Position numbers and translations under genes: made by a program. A stretch of DNA of 64,000 nucleotides, taken from Longimicrobiales bacterium. GTDB lineage: Bacteria; Gemmatimonadota; Gemmatimonadetes; Longimicrobiales; Gaopeijiaceae. The notes below the pieces were generated by a model that saw nothing but the letters and a program-made list of their open reading frames with translations, was not told where the DNA came from and made no database searches. The stretch is taken from assembly GCA_965116905.1 (NCBI GenBank), contig OZ220732.1, positions 1,760,001 through 1,824,000 on the forward strand. Reading direction: 5' to 3'. Of this stretch, positions 29,630 to 40,244 are shown in pieces (position 1 is the stretch's first letter; every line of letters starts with the position of its first letter).

Positions 29630-30379
29630 ATGCACGATCACCGCCACGACACCGACGGCCACAAGGGTCATCGGCACGACCACGACCACCATGACGCCGG
29701 CCACGACCACCATCAGCACGACCACCATCAGCACGACCACCATCACCACGGCCATGACCACTCTCACCACGGCCACGACCACCAGGACGTTCCCGCGGAC
29801 ATCTCCCTTCGGGTCAAGGCCCTGGAGTCCCTCCTGGTCGAAAAGGGGATGGTCGACGCTGCCGCGCTCGACGACATCGTCGATTCCTTCGAGAACCGGA
29901 TCGGACCCAGGAACGGCGCTCAGGTGGTCGCGCGGGCATGGACGGATTCCGCTTTCCGGGAGCGGCTCCTGGCCGACGCCACTGCGGCGATCGGCGAGTT
30001 CGGATACCTCGGTGGCCAGGGCGAGCACATGAAGGTGGTCGCCAACACCCCGGACGTGCATAACCTCGTGGTTTGCACCCTGTGTTCGTGCTATCCGTGG
30101 CCCACACTGGGCCTGCCACCGACGTGGTACAAGTCGTCGGCGTATCGGGCGAGGGCGGTGATCGAACCGCGCGAAGTGCTGCGCGAGTTCGGCCTCCGGC
30201 TTGACGACGACGTGGAAGTGCGCGTGTGGGACAGCACCGCCGAGATACGCTACCTGGTGTTGCCGGAGCGCCCCCGTGGCACCGAGGGCATGACCGAGGA
30301 GGAACTGGCCGCACTGGTCACCCGCGACGCCATGATCGGGGTCGCGAGGGTCGCCGCACCGCGGGGGAGCGACTCGTGA
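29630..30379 (+). CDS. nthA: Cobalt-type nitrile hydratase alpha subunit with His-rich N-terminus
   Basis: VCTLCSCY metal motif (Thr/Tyr indicate Co type); [17 protein letters not shown]. Confidence 0.95.
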   Translation: MHDHRHDTDGHKGHRHDHDHHDAGHDHHQHDHHQHDHHHHGHDHSHHGHDHQDVPADISLRVKALESLLVEKGMVDAAALDDIVDSFENRIGPRNGAQVVARAWTDSAFRERLLADATAAIGEFGYLGGQGEHMKVVANTPDVHNLVVCTLCSCYPWPTLGLPPTWYKSSAYRARAVIEPREVLREFGLRLDDDVEVRVWDSTAEIRYLVLPERPRGTEGMTEEELAALVTRDAMIGVARVAAPRGSDS

Positions 30380-31026
30380 ACAGCATCCACGACATGGGCG
30401 GCATGGACGGGTTCGGCGCGGTCGTGCGCGAAGACGACGAGCCGGTGTTCCATCACCGCTGGGAGGGGCGGGTGTACGCGCTGACCCGGGTGGTCAAGCC
30501 CTGGCTGCGGGGCCGCCGGTTGCCCGGCTTTCGATTCGTGCTCGAGAGCATTCCGCCTGCGGACTACCTGCGCATGTCGTACTACGAGCGCTGGTTCCAC
30601 ATGGTAAAGACGCGCCTGGTCGCCGGAGGCCTCGTAGCCGGATCCGAGGTCGAATCCGGCCGACCCGACCCCGACGAGTCCAGCCCCCGGTTGCTTCCCC
30701 CTTCGGACGGTTCCCTCGGCTTTGCACTCCTGGGCCTGGATGTGGATGCCCGCTTTGCGCCGGGCGACCGCGTGCGCGCCCGCAACCTGAACCCGCGCGG
30801 CCACAACCGGCTCCCTCGATACGTGAAGGGTCGGCGCGGCACGGTGGTCGAGGATTACGGCGTCTATGCGCTGCAGGACAGCGACGAGGAGGGCCGACTG
30901 CCGCTGGACGATCCGCAGCACGTCTACTCGGTCCGCTTCGAGGGGCGGGAACTCTGGGGAGACCGGTCGGGCGCCCGCGACGCCGTCTACGTGGATCTGT
31001 GGGAAGAGTACCTGGAGCCGGCGTGA
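30376..31026 (+). CDS. nthB: Nitrile hydratase beta subunit
   Basis: [39 protein letters not shown]. Confidence 0.93.
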   Translation: MNSIHDMGGMDGFGAVVREDDEPVFHHRWEGRVYALTRVVKPWLRGRRLPGFRFVLESIPPADYLRMSYYERWFHMVKTRLVAGGLVAGSEVESGRPDPDESSPRLLPPSDGSLGFALLGLDVDARFAPGDRVRARNLNPRGHNRLPRYVKGRRGTVVEDYGVYALQDSDEEGRLPLDDPQHVYSVRFEGRELWGDRSGARDAVYVDLWEEYLEPA

Positions 31027-31403
31027 TGGCGGCTTCGGCACGCAGCGTTCGGGAGCGCCTCGGGGACTTGCCGCCGCTGCCCCGGGATGACGAAGGGCCC
31101 GTCTTCGAGGAGCCGTGGCAGGCCCAGGCCTTTGCGCTGGCGGTGAAGCTCTCGGAGCTGGGGTATTTCTCCTGGCAGACCTGGGCCCGGACGCTTGCGG
31201 AGGAATTGGCGGCCGCGGATGCGCGAGGCGACCCCGACGACGGGTCCGCGTACTACCATCACTGGGTCGCCGCGCTGGAGCGCCTGGTCGCCGGCCGCGA
31301 GCTTGTCGACCCGGCGGCGCTGGCCGAGCGCAAGGATGCGTGGGCGGACGCGTACCGCCGCACGCCGCACGGGCAGCCGGTGGAACTTCGCGGCCGCAGC
31401 TGA
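31026..31403 (+). CDS. Nitrile hydratase accessory/activator protein
   Basis: PVFEEPWQAQAFA, YYHHWVAALE, AYRRTPHGQPVEL. Confidence 0.9.
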   Translation: MAASARSVRERLGDLPPLPRDDEGPVFEEPWQAQAFALAVKLSELGYFSWQTWARTLAEELAAADARGDPDDGSAYYHHWVAALERLVAGRELVDPAALAERKDAWADAYRRTPHGQPVELRGRS

Positions 31404-31419
31404 ACGGCTCCTCCTCCGG

Positions 31420-33213
31420 TCAGTACGCGATTGCGTAGGCTTCGCGGCGCGGATCGGAGGCCGCGGTAAGCGTGCCGTCGCGGTCGCGCAGGATCATTTG
31501 CGCGCCGCCGAAGGTCGCGGTCCACCCCTGCACCAACTCAACCTCGTGGCCCATTGCGCCCAGGCGCTCCAGCACCGCGCCGGCGACGCGGTCCTCGAAC
31601 GCGACCCGCAGCCCGTTGTAGCTGCGGAACCGGGGCGCTTCGATCGCGGCCTGTGGGGTCATCCCGAAGTGCACGAGATTGTTCACGATCTGCAGCAGGC
31701 TCTGGGGCTGGCTGTCCCCGCCCGGCGTCCCGACGGTGAACGCGAAGCTGCCGTCGGTGCGGGTCGCCATCATGGGGGTCAGGGTGTGGTAGGGCCGCTT
31801 GCCGGGCGCGATGACGTTGGGATGGCCGGACGCCAGGTTGAACAGGGCGCCGCGGTTGTGCAGCACGACGCCCGTCTCCGGCTCAAGCAGCCCGGAGCCG
31901 AAGCCCGCGAACAGGCTCTGTATCCAGCTGACCGCGTTGCCCCACTGGTCGACGGCGGTCAGGTACACCGTGTCCCCGGAATCGTCGAGCGTTTGCCGGG
32001 CAGCCAGCACGGCCGGCGCCACGCCGGGGGTGCGCTCCTCGGCCGCCCTGTCCGGATCGACCATCCCCGCGCGCGCCTCGAGGTATGCGCCGTCCAGCAG
32101 GTCGTCGAGCGGTATCTCGGTGAAATCCGGATCCGCCGCCCACTGGTCCCGATCCGCAAAGGCCAGCTTCTTCATCTCGATCAGCGCGTGCAGGTAATCT
32201 GCGCTGTTGTGGCCCATCTCGGCGATGTCGAACGACCTGGCCATCTCGAACAGTTGCAGCTGGGCGATCCCCTGGGTGTTCGGGGGAAGGACGAGCATCG
32301 TGTAGCCCTCGAAATCGCCCCGCAGAGGCTCCACCCAGGTTGTCGCGTGTGCGGTCAGGTCGCCGGCCCGCACATAGCCGCCCTCCGCTTCGATGAAGGC
32401 CGCGAGCCGCTCGGCCACGCGCCCCTGGTAGAAGCCGTCCTTGCCGTCACGGGCGATCCCCTCAAGCGTCGAAGCCAGTGCCGGGTTGCTCAGAAGGCTC
32501 CCGACCGGCGGCGGCTCGCCGTTGGGCAGGTAGAGAGCCTGCGCATGGTCGTTCAGAGCGCCCGACTGGGCCCGGATGTCGCTGGCCAGCCGGGTGGAGA
32601 CCGGGAACCCGTCCCGTGCGTACCCGATCGCCGGAGCAAGAAGTTCCTCGACGGGCAGCGTGCCGAAGCGGTCCGTCGCATCGATCCAGGCGGCGACCGC
32701 CCCGGGTACCGTAACGGAGAGCGGTCCGTTGCCCGGCACCTCGGCCAGCTCCCGTTGCGCGAACAGCGCGGGCGTCGCCATGGCACCGGCTCGCCCACTG
32801 CCGTTGAGCGCGTGGATGCGGCCGCTCCCCGCCTCGTAGTAGAGCGCGAACGCGTCGCCGCCGACGCCGTTCATGTGAGGCCGCACGACGGCCAGCACGC
32901 CCGCCATGGCGATCGCCGCGTCCATCGCGTTGCCGCCCCGGCGCAAGACGTCGTAGCCCGCGGCCGCCGCGAGGGGATGGCCTGCCGAGACCGCACCGGT
33001 GACACCCCGCACGTCGGGGCGATTGGTGGCCGGGAAGTGGATGTCGGTGGACCGCGACGCGGCAGCGCTCGATTGGGCCGCGGAATCGGGGGTCTCGCAG
33101 CCTCCGGCCGTCACCAGGACTCCGGCGCCGAGAAGAAGGGAGAGTGCGACGGGGTTGCGTCGCGCGCGGGGACGGCCAGGCAGCGCGTGGGGGCGGCTGG
33201 GCAGTTCGGGCAT
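31420..33213 (-). CDS. ggt: Gamma-glutamyltransferase (lipoprotein)
   Basis: GGNAMDAA, GVGGD, DTVYLTAVD (catalytic Thr), PGKRPYHT, GTPGG, DPRR. Confidence 0.93.
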   Translation of the reverse strand: MPELPSRPHALPGRPRARRNPVALSLLLGAGVLVTAGGCETPDSAAQSSAAASRSTDIHFPATNRPDVRGVTGAVSAGHPLAAAAGYDVLRRGGNAMDAAIAMAGVLAVVRPHMNGVGGDAFALYYEAGSGRIHALNGSGRAGAMATPALFAQRELAEVPGNGPLSVTVPGAVAAWIDATDRFGTLPVEELLAPAIGYARDGFPVSTRLASDIRAQSGALNDHAQALYLPNGEPPPVGSLLSNPALASTLEGIARDGKDGFYQGRVAERLAAFIEAEGGYVRAGDLTAHATTWVEPLRGDFEGYTMLVLPPNTQGIAQLQLFEMARSFDIAEMGHNSADYLHALIEMKKLAFADRDQWAADPDFTEIPLDDLLDGAYLEARAGMVDPDRAAEERTPGVAPAVLAARQTLDDSGDTVYLTAVDQWGNAVSWIQSLFAGFGSGLLEPETGVVLHNRGALFNLASGHPNVIAPGKRPYHTLTPMMATRTDGSFAFTVGTPGGDSQPQSLLQIVNNLVHFGMTPQAAIEAPRFRSYNGLRVAFEDRVAGAVLERLGAMGHEVELVQGWTATFGGAQMILRDRDGTLTAASDPRREAYAIAY

Positions 33214-33469
33214 TCGGTCATGATCCTGAATCGGGGGAAGTGCTCCGTTTTGCGTTGGAGGATGGCATATGGCGGGGCTCGGCGCCAGTTCGCGTATCGG
33301 CCGGATGCTCGTCGCCGCCGGCGGGTCGGCGATGCGTGGCGGACAACCTTGCCAGCCCGGTTGCGCGTCCAATTCCAGGACCGTCCAGCGGACTGTCGAA
33401 CACGGCGGCTCGATGGGCGGGATCAAGCGATCTCAGTCCCCCATACGCACTTGCACAGAGGCACCGACA

Positions 33470-34783
33470 ATGGCCACTGCCCGCTGGCTCGCTTCACCCA
33501 CCCTCGCGCTCGCGTTCGGCGCCACCGCTCTTCAGGCCCAGGAGGTTATCGAACTGCCCGGACGGGATCGTCTGATTGAACCCGACTTCGAGGAGGTTTA
33601 CAGCGTCGGTGTCCTCGACGGCGAATCCTGGGAGATGTTCGGCCGGATACGCCGGGTGGCCTTCGATGCGGAGAGCAACCTGTATGTCTTCGACGCTTCG
33701 GACGCGCTGGGTTCCGACCTGCGGGTTCTGATATTCGATCGCGCCGGCGGCTTCGTGCGGGAGTTCGGCTCCTCGGGGGGAGGCCCCGGCGAATTCAACC
33801 GGCCGACCGGGTTTGCCGTGCTCGGCGACGGAACCACTGTGGTGAAGGATGCCGGACACGGTGCCTACCAGATCTTCGACCGCTCAGGCGTCTTCCAGCG
33901 GATGGTGCGCGCCGGTGAAGAGCCTGGCGGCTTGCCGGGGCTCTCGGGGAGGATCCAGCCCGACCCCCGCGGCGGCGCCATCTTCGTCGGAGGGTACGGT
34001 GGGGGACCGAGCTTCAGCTTCAGGAGCACCGGTGGTGGAGGTGCGGTCCCTCCGCTTACTTCCCGCCCGGTCGTGCGGGTTGGACTGGCCGAAGAGATGG
34101 CTCAGACGGACACGGTGGTCGACGGATGGCTGCCTCCACGCAACGCGCCAGACCTGCCGGCCAACGTTCCCGCTCAGCTTCGGGACATGATGGGGGGCAT
34201 GAGCCTGCCCACCGTGTTCGAACCCAGGTTCCTGGTGGGCGTCCTCCCGGATGGAGGCATCGTCCATTCGGATTCTTCCGCCTACGCGCTCAAGGTCTCT
34301 CCGGCGGGTGCAACGGAAGTCGCGCGGGTCATCCAGCGCCCTCTGGTGCCGGAGCCCCTGACGCCCGAAGGTCAGCAGGAGTACGAGGAAAGAACGGCGG
34401 CCGCCCGCGAAGAGATCGGGCGAGCCGTAGGCACGACCGGTCTCAGAATGGTGCAATTCCAGCAGCGCGGAGGAGGCGGCAATCCCACCCCGACGGCGAC
34501 CGTCCAGCTGGAGCAGAAGTACTACCACGAGATTCCCGTGCTCCGGGGCCTGGCCGTCACGAGGGACAGCCGCATCTGGGTGCAGCGCCGGGGCGAGTTG
34601 CCGGAGGACGACGGGCCCATCGATGTTGTGACGGCTTCGGGCCAGTACGTCGGCACCTACGCCGCGGACGCCGTCCAGATGCCTGACGCGTTCGGCCCGG
34701 ATGGACTCGCGGCCTTCATCGAGCTGGACGAATTCGACGTGGCTCGGGTGGTGGTGCGGAGGCTTCCGGCCGACGTTCGCTGA
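33470..34783 (+). CDS. Secreted 6-bladed beta-propeller (NHL-like) protein
   Basis: Signal peptide; [30 protein letters not shown]-like motif. Confidence 0.78.
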   Translation: MATARWLASPTLALAFGATALQAQEVIELPGRDRLIEPDFEEVYSVGVLDGESWEMFGRIRRVAFDAESNLYVFDASDALGSDLRVLIFDRAGGFVREFGSSGGGPGEFNRPTGFAVLGDGTTVVKDAGHGAYQIFDRSGVFQRMVRAGEEPGGLPGLSGRIQPDPRGGAIFVGGYGGGPSFSFRSTGGGGAVPPLTSRPVVRVGLAEEMAQTDTVVDGWLPPRNAPDLPANVPAQLRDMMGGMSLPTVFEPRFLVGVLPDGGIVHSDSSAYALKVSPAGATEVARVIQRPLVPEPLTPEGQQEYEERTAAAREEIGRAVGTTGLRMVQFQQRGGGGNPTPTATVQLEQKYYHEIPVLRGLAVTRDSRIWVQRRGELPEDDGPIDVVTASGQYVGTYAADAVQMPDAFGPDGLAAFIELDEFDVARVVVRRLPADVR

Positions 34784-34803
34784 ACCTCCGTCTGGGGGCG
34801 GAC

Positions 34804-35742
34804 ATGCCCATGCTCAATGAGGACCTGCCCGTGCCCAATGAGGACCTGCCCGTGCTCAATGACCTGTCGTCCACGCGGTTCGGTGTGGGAAGCATGGTGG
34901 CGCCACTTCGCCGCGTCGCGATGCGCCGTCCCGGCCCGGCGACATTCGAGGCCGATCCGGCGCGTTGGCACTACGCCGGCCCGCTCGACGCCGACCGCCT
35001 GGCCCGTCAATACGACGCGTTGGCAGGGCTGGTCGGCGATTCGGGCGCGGAGACCGAGTGGATCCCGGACGGGTACGACGGGCTCGCCGATTCGATCTTC
35101 GTCTTCGATCCCTCGTTCATGACCCCGGCGGGCGCGATCCTGCTGCGTCCCGGCAAGGTGTTGCGGCGCCCGGAGGTCGCGTTGCACGATGCGCTGTATG
35201 CGCGGCTGCAGGTGCCCGTCATCGGCGCTCTAGAGCCGCCGGGCACGGCGGAGGGCGGCGACCTGATGTGGCTCGACGGGCACACGCTGGTGGCGGGACG
35301 GAGTTTCCGCACCAACCAGGAGGGCATCGACCAGTTGCGGGCGATCCTGGCCCCGCAGGGTGTGGAGGTACTTGCGTTCGATCTGCCCATGTGGCGGGGC
35401 AACGCCGCCTGCCTGCACCTGCTCTCGGTGATCAGCCCGCTCGACCATGACCTGGCGCTCGTCTACCCGCGGCTGTTGCCGGTCGAGCTCTTTCGGCTCC
35501 TGGGCCAGCGCGGCATCCAGTGCCTGGAAGCGGGCGACGGCGAATTCGAGGACTCGAACGGCCTCAATCTGAACGTGCTGGCGCTCGGGCCGCGGCGGTG
35601 CATTGCCGTGGGCGGGTTTCCGCAGACATTGCAGCTGATGAGGGAGGCCGGCTGCGAAGTGGCGTGCTTTGATGCGGATGCGTTATGCATGCCGTGCGAG
35701 GGAGGCCCGACCTGCCTGACGCTGCCGTTGTGGAGGGATTGA
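34804..35742 (+). CDS. Amidinotransferase / dimethylarginine dimethylaminohydrolase-like pentein enzyme
   Basis: DSIFVFD, EGGD, CLHL, GGPTCLT catalytic Cys; 21-nt repeats at the 5' end make the start uncertain. Confidence 0.85.
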   Translation: MPMLNEDLPVPNEDLPVLNDLSSTRFGVGSMVAPLRRVAMRRPGPATFEADPARWHYAGPLDADRLARQYDALAGLVGDSGAETEWIPDGYDGLADSIFVFDPSFMTPAGAILLRPGKVLRRPEVALHDALYARLQVPVIGALEPPGTAEGGDLMWLDGHTLVAGRSFRTNQEGIDQLRAILAPQGVEVLAFDLPMWRGNAACLHLLSVISPLDHDLALVYPRLLPVELFRLLGQRGIQCLEAGDGEFEDSNGLNLNVLALGPRRCIAVGGFPQTLQLMREAGCEVACFDADALCMPCEGGPTCLTLPLWRD

Positions 35743-35827
35743 AGCACCGCTCTGCGCGGGCCGCTATGGAACACAGTCCGCGGTGAGCCGTAGGGAGGGG
35801 TGGTCGTCAAACTACGGAGAACACAAC

Positions 35828-36121
35828 ATGGAATGGGAATTCGTCGCCCCCATGATCGTGTCGATCGTGCTTATCCTCACCGTGGGCGGCGTGGTGCTCC
35901 TGCGGCCGTTGGCCCGGCGACTCGGCGCGCTCCTCGACGTCATGGTGCTCGAAAAGAGCAAGACGTCCAGCGCGCAGGACCGCAGCATCGCCGATGCCAT
36001 CGACACGATGAACGACAGGCTGTCGCTTCTGGAAGAGCGCCAGGATTTCACCGAGCGGCTGATCGCGAGCGGGGAGCGGACTCAACCGGATGCCGGCAGC
36101 GCTCCCTCGGCTCCGGGGTGA
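35828..36121 (+). CDS. Small single-pass membrane protein with coiled coil
   Basis: GGAG RBS; TM helix; LEERQDFTERL. Confidence 0.7.
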   Translation: MEWEFVAPMIVSIVLILTVGGVVLLRPLARRLGALLDVMVLEKSKTSSAQDRSIADAIDTMNDRLSLLEERQDFTERLIASGERTQPDAGSAPSAPG

Positions 36122-36142
36122 GCGCCTGTCCCGCGGGACCCG

Positions 36143-37408
36143 CTACGGAATAACCCCGGCCCACCCCGCTTCGGCCACCAGCAGCAACAAGGCCCGCTGG
36201 ATGGCCAGGTGCCCGTCCACGTTGACCCAGCCCTCGCCAAGCGAGTGTGCGCCGAATCCCTTGCCGCCGCGGCCGATGGTCACCGCCGGCACACCGAGGG
36301 CGATGGGGACGTTGGTATTGGTGGACGACCGGCCGAGCGTGCCCCGCACCCCGAATTCGGCGGTGGTAGCCAGGGCTCGCTGGACAAGGGGCGCGTCGCG
36401 ATTCCCCTCGCCAGAGGGACGGTCCCCGATCCTGGCCTTTTCAACAGAAAGCGCAGGACCGGTCCGTCTCAGGGCATTCTCCTTGCGGAGCCCCTCGTCC
36501 ATCGCCTCCAGGAACACCTGCTCGATTCGAGCCAGGCTCTCCGGATCGACCGAGCGCATGTCGACTTCCATCCAGCTCTTGGCGGGGATGGCGTTGACCG
36601 CGGTGCCTCCGCCGATGCATCCCACGTTGTAGCTGGTGCGGGGTCCGCTGCGGGTCAGGGGGTCGGCGGCGTCCTGGAAGGCGCTAACCGCACGGCTCAT
36701 TGCGTGCGCCGGGTTGGCCAGCCCGAACGCGCCCCATGAATGGCCGCCGGTGCCCTTGAAGGTGACGCGGTAGCGAACCGAGCCGAGGGCGTCGACGACG
36801 AGCTGCTGCAGACCTCCGCCGTCCACCTCGATCCAGGCGTCCGGGGCCTTTTCGGGGTGGCGATACATGTGCTTCATGCCGCGCAGGTCGCCCGGACCCT
36901 CCTCCCCGACGACCCCCACGAACTGGATGTCCGCGTCCGTCCGGATGCGCGCTTCGTCCATGGCGCGCAGCACCGCCAGCACGACCACGAGCCCGCGCGT
37001 GTCGTCGCTGATCCCGGGTGCGAAAAGAGTGTCACCTCGCCGGGTGACCGTCACGTCCGTTCCCTCGGGGAAGACTGTGTCGAGGTGGGCCCCGAGACCG
37101 ACAGCGCGGTGCCTCCGACGGCCCTTGCGCAAACCGATCACGTTGCCGACCTCGTCGGTCCCCACGGTGTCCGCGCCGACCTCGGCCAGGAGTTCGGCGA
37201 AGCGCCGTCCCCGCGCCTCTTCCATGAACGGGGGTGCCGGAATCTCGGTGAGTTCGATCAGCCGCCGCAGCGCCCATTCGTCAAGTGCCTCGACAATGCG
37301 GAACGCGTTGGCGATCGCCGGATGGGCGGCGAGCCTCCGTGCCTCACGCGTGTATCTGGCCTCGCGCGTGTCTTTCGTGGAATCTGTGCCTTGGACGTTC
37401 GCGGGCAT
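36143..37408 (-). CDS. M20/M25/M40 metallopeptidase
   Basis: AHLDTVF, PGISDD, GEEG, GGHSW, GAHS. Confidence 0.9.
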   Translation of the reverse strand: MPANVQGTDSTKDTREARYTREARRLAAHPAIANAFRIVEALDEWALRRLIELTEIPAPPFMEEARGRRFAELLAEVGADTVGTDEVGNVIGLRKGRRRHRAVGLGAHLDTVFPEGTDVTVTRRGDTLFAPGISDDTRGLVVVLAVLRAMDEARIRTDADIQFVGVVGEEGPGDLRGMKHMYRHPEKAPDAWIEVDGGGLQQLVVDALGSVRYRVTFKGTGGHSWGAFGLANPAHAMSRAVSAFQDAADPLTRSGPRTSYNVGCIGGGTAVNAIPAKSWMEVDMRSVDPESLARIEQVFLEAMDEGLRKENALRRTGPALSVEKARIGDRPSGEGNRDAPLVQRALATTAEFGVRGTLGRSSTNTNVPIALGVPAVTIGRGGKGFGAHSLGEGWVNVDGHLAIQRALLLLVAEAGWAGVIP

Positions 37409-37430
37409 GGTCGCCGACCAGGGGGCGGGG

Positions 37431-38357
37431 TCAGCGGACCAGGCCGGAGCGCGAATCGGGCGCACCCGTCACGGGCTCGTCGCGGCTGACCACGCGCGTC
37501 GCCGGGCCCGCGATAAGCGGGTCGGGGCCGGTCACGACCGAGTTGTCCTTGTCCGGGTAGGAGAGTTTCGAGAGAAAGTGCTGCATGGCGGCGATGCGCG
37601 CCCTCCTCTTGTCGTCCGACTTGATCACGGTCCAGGGTGCGTCGGCGGTGTCGGTGTAGAAGAACATCGCTTCCTTGGCATGCGTGTACTCGTCCCACTT
37701 GTTCAGCGACGCGAGGTCGATCGGCGAGATCTTCCACTGCTTGAGCGGGTCGGTCTTCCTGCGGTCGAACCGGTAGGCCTGTTCCTCCTGCGAAACCGAG
37801 AACCAGAACTTGAACAGGCGAATCCCGCTGTTGACCAGCATCCGCTCCACTTCCGGACACTGGCGCAGGAACTCGAGGTATTCCTGGCCCGTGCAAAAGC
37901 CCATGACCCGTTCCACGCCGGCCCGGTTGTACCATGAACGGTCGAACAGCACCATTTCGCCGGCGGTGGGGAGGTGGTTTACATAACGCTGGAAGTACCA
38001 CTGGCCACGTTCGACGTCACTGGGCTTGTCCAGAGCGACCACGCGCGCGCCGCGCGGGTTGAGGTGTTCCATGAAGCGCTTGATTGTCCCGCCCTTGCCG
38101 GCGGCGTCTCGTCCCTCGAAGAGAATGACGACCCTGACTCCGGAGCTGCGGACCCAGCGCTGCACCTTGAGGAGTTCGACCTGCAGCAGGGCCTTTTCTC
38201 GATCGTACGCTCGGCGTGGCATCTTCTTGTCGTACGGATAGACCCCCTCGCGGAACACGCGCTCGATGGTTTCGGGCGTCTCGGTGACCTCGGGAACGCC
38301 GGACGTCCGCAGGCTGTCTTTGGCCTCGGCACTCCCCTTCGTATTCGCCGATGACAT
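37431..38357 (-). CDS. ppk2: Polyphosphate kinase 2
   Basis: FEGRDAAGKGG, FDRSWYNR, DPLKQWK. Confidence 0.95.
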   Translation of the reverse strand: MSSANTKGSAEAKDSLRTSGVPEVTETPETIERVFREGVYPYDKKMPRRAYDREKALLQVELLKVQRWVRSSGVRVVILFEGRDAAGKGGTIKRFMEHLNPRGARVVALDKPSDVERGQWYFQRYVNHLPTAGEMVLFDRSWYNRAGVERVMGFCTGQEYLEFLRQCPEVERMLVNSGIRLFKFWFSVSQEEQAYRFDRRKTDPLKQWKISPIDLASLNKWDEYTHAKEAMFFYTDTADAPWTVIKSDDKRRARIAAMQHFLSKLSYPDKDNSVVTGPDPLIAGPATRVVSRDEPVTGAPDSRSGLVR

Positions 38358-38383
38358 ATGTGCCTCCTTTGGATCGATCGTTG

Positions 38384-38896
38384 CTACTTCAGCAGTCTCG
38401 GCAGGAAGAAGTCGAGCAGCGCGCCCCCTTCGCGAGCGTCGCCCCAGGTCGCGCCCGCGATTTCGATCACGGCGACCGCGCCGGTCGGAAACTTGTACCT
38501 GAGCCGATCGATGCGCTCGGGCCGGCCGCTCTTCGAAAGGTAGGCGGCAAGCGCATGCGTCGAAGGATTGTGACCCAGGACCAGCAGTGTCCCGACATCG
38601 TCCCCGGTGTCGGCGATGATGTCGAGGACGCCTCGCGGCGAGGCACCGTACAGCTCGCGCCGGTACTCGACGACGGGCGGTTCGGGAAAGGCCGGTTCCA
38701 TCAGCGCCCAGGTTTCGCGCGTGCGGACGGACGTGCTCGAATAGGCCAGGTCGGGCACGAATCCGGCCTGGCTGAGCGCCCTGGCGACTCTTGGCGCGGC
38801 CTTGCGACCGCGAGCGTTGAGAGGCCGGTCATGATCGGACAGCGTGACGTCCCCCCAACTGGACTTCGCGTGTCTCGCCAGCATCAGTCGCCGCAT
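38384..38896 (-). CDS. SixA-like histidine phosphatase
   Basis: RHAKS, DRPLNARG, LGHNP; directly upstream of ppk2. Confidence 0.88.
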   Translation of the reverse strand: MRRLMLARHAKSSWGDVTLSDHDRPLNARGRKAAPRVARALSQAGFVPDLAYSSTSVRTRETWALMEPAFPEPPVVEYRRELYGASPRGVLDIIADTGDDVGTLLVLGHNPSTHALAAYLSKSGRPERIDRLRYKFPTGAVAVIEIAGATWGDAREGGALLDFFLPRLLK

Positions 38897-39068
38897 TTTG
38901 ACACTCGCTTGCTCTGTTGTTCGGTGCTTCTGACAGTCGGTGGATCGGCGCCGGTGCGCAATTGCACGGCGGGCCGATCAATGGCAGCTTGGGACGCAAA
39001 TGGAAACCGGGCGTCGAAGGTGACAGCGCGGGCCGCTCCAGGCACCACGCCATCCCCGAGGAAGAATC

Positions 39069-40244
39069 TTGTCAACGAAACGATTGCAGTGGAAGAGGCC
39101 GTTGCCGTGGCTCCCCGTAGTCATCGCCGCCGCCATCGTGTCGGGCTGTGCGGCCCCGGAGACCGGACAGCTCCCCTATGAATGGCGGCAGGAGCTCGAC
39201 CGCTTCGGCGCGGCGCTCGCCGCCGATGTCGAGCACGACGGCGTTGGGAGCATCGCGGCGGCGCTGGCGCGCGACGGAGAAGTCCTGTGGTGGGGTGCCT
39301 ACGGTTGGGCCGACCCGGGCGCCCAGGTGCCGGCCGGCCGGGAAACGATCTATCGCACGGGCTCGATTTCCAAGTCCGTGACGGCGGTTCTCATGGCGAT
39401 GCTGGCCGAGGAAGGCACGCTTGCGCTGGAGACCCCTCTGCAGGATCTGGTCCCCGAGATCAGCCAGCTGATGGACCGGCCTCCCGGCGCCAACCCGACG
39501 TTGCGGCAGGTGGCGAGTCATACCGCGGGCCTGGCGCGCGAGCCGGAGCTGCCCGACGCGGCTGCCGGTCCCATCGAGAACTGGACCGCGAGAATCCTCG
39601 AGTCGATTCCCACCACCGGATACCAGACGGCCCCCGGCACGGAGTATTCGTATTCCAACATCGGCTTCGGGATCCTGGGCTTCGGTCTGGAGCGTGCGGC
39701 GGGGACACCGTTCATGGACCAGGTCGAGGCGCGGATCTTCGAGCCGCTCGGTATGACAAGCAGCACCTTCATCATCGACGACCGCCTGCAACCGTCGCTG
39801 TCCGTCGGGCACGCCAATGGCCCGGACGGCGAAGTCGATACCGAGCGACCCGCGCGCGAGCACGCCGGCCGGGGCTACAAGGTCCCCAACGGGGGTGTGT
39901 ATTCGACCGTCGATGACCTCGCCGCCTTTGCCGCGGGCGTGATGGGGAGGGGGCGCCCACCTCTGTTCAGCGACGAGATGCGCGCGGAGGTGTTGTCGGT
40001 ACAGACGCCCGAGAACCCCGACTCGGGCTACGGCCTCGGCTTTTCGATCCGCACGATGGACGGCCGGGTCTTTGCGGGTCACGGCGGATCGGTCGCGGGG
40101 TACACGGCGTACCTGCTCTTCGAGCCGGCGACCGGACTGACCGCCGTGTTGCTGCGCAACTACAACCGGGGACGCACCAACCTGGGCGAAGCGGCAAGCG
40201 GCCTGCTGAGGAGTCTGTCCGCCGAAGTCGCAACACGTGACTGA
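39069..40244 (+). CDS. Serine hydrolase, beta-lactamase class C/AmpC-like lipoprotein
   Basis: Lipobox VSGC; SISK (SxxK), YSN, HGG; start approximate. Confidence 0.88.
   Translation: MSTKRLQWKRPLPWLPVVIAAAIVSGCAAPETGQLPYEWRQELDRFGAALAADVEHDGVGSIAAALARDGEVLWWGAYGWADPGAQVPAGRETIYRTGSISKSVTAVLMAMLAEEGTLALETPLQDLVPEISQLMDRPPGANPTLRQVASHTAGLAREPELPDAAAGPIENWTARILESIPTTGYQTAPGTEYSYSNIGFGILGFGLERAAGTPFMDQVEARIFEPLGMTSSTFIIDDRLQPSLSVGHANGPDGEVDTERPAREHAGRGYKVPNGGVYSTVDDLAAFAAGVMGRGRPPLFSDEMRAEVLSVQTPENPDSGYGLGFSIRTMDGRVFAGHGGSVAGYTAYLLFEPATGLTAVLLRNYNRGRTNLGEAASGLLRSLSAEVATRD

Noticed and set aside
39069..40244. True beta-lactamase resistance gene
   Set aside because: SxxK/YxN are present but the third motif is HGG; more typical of general serine hydrolases/peptidases
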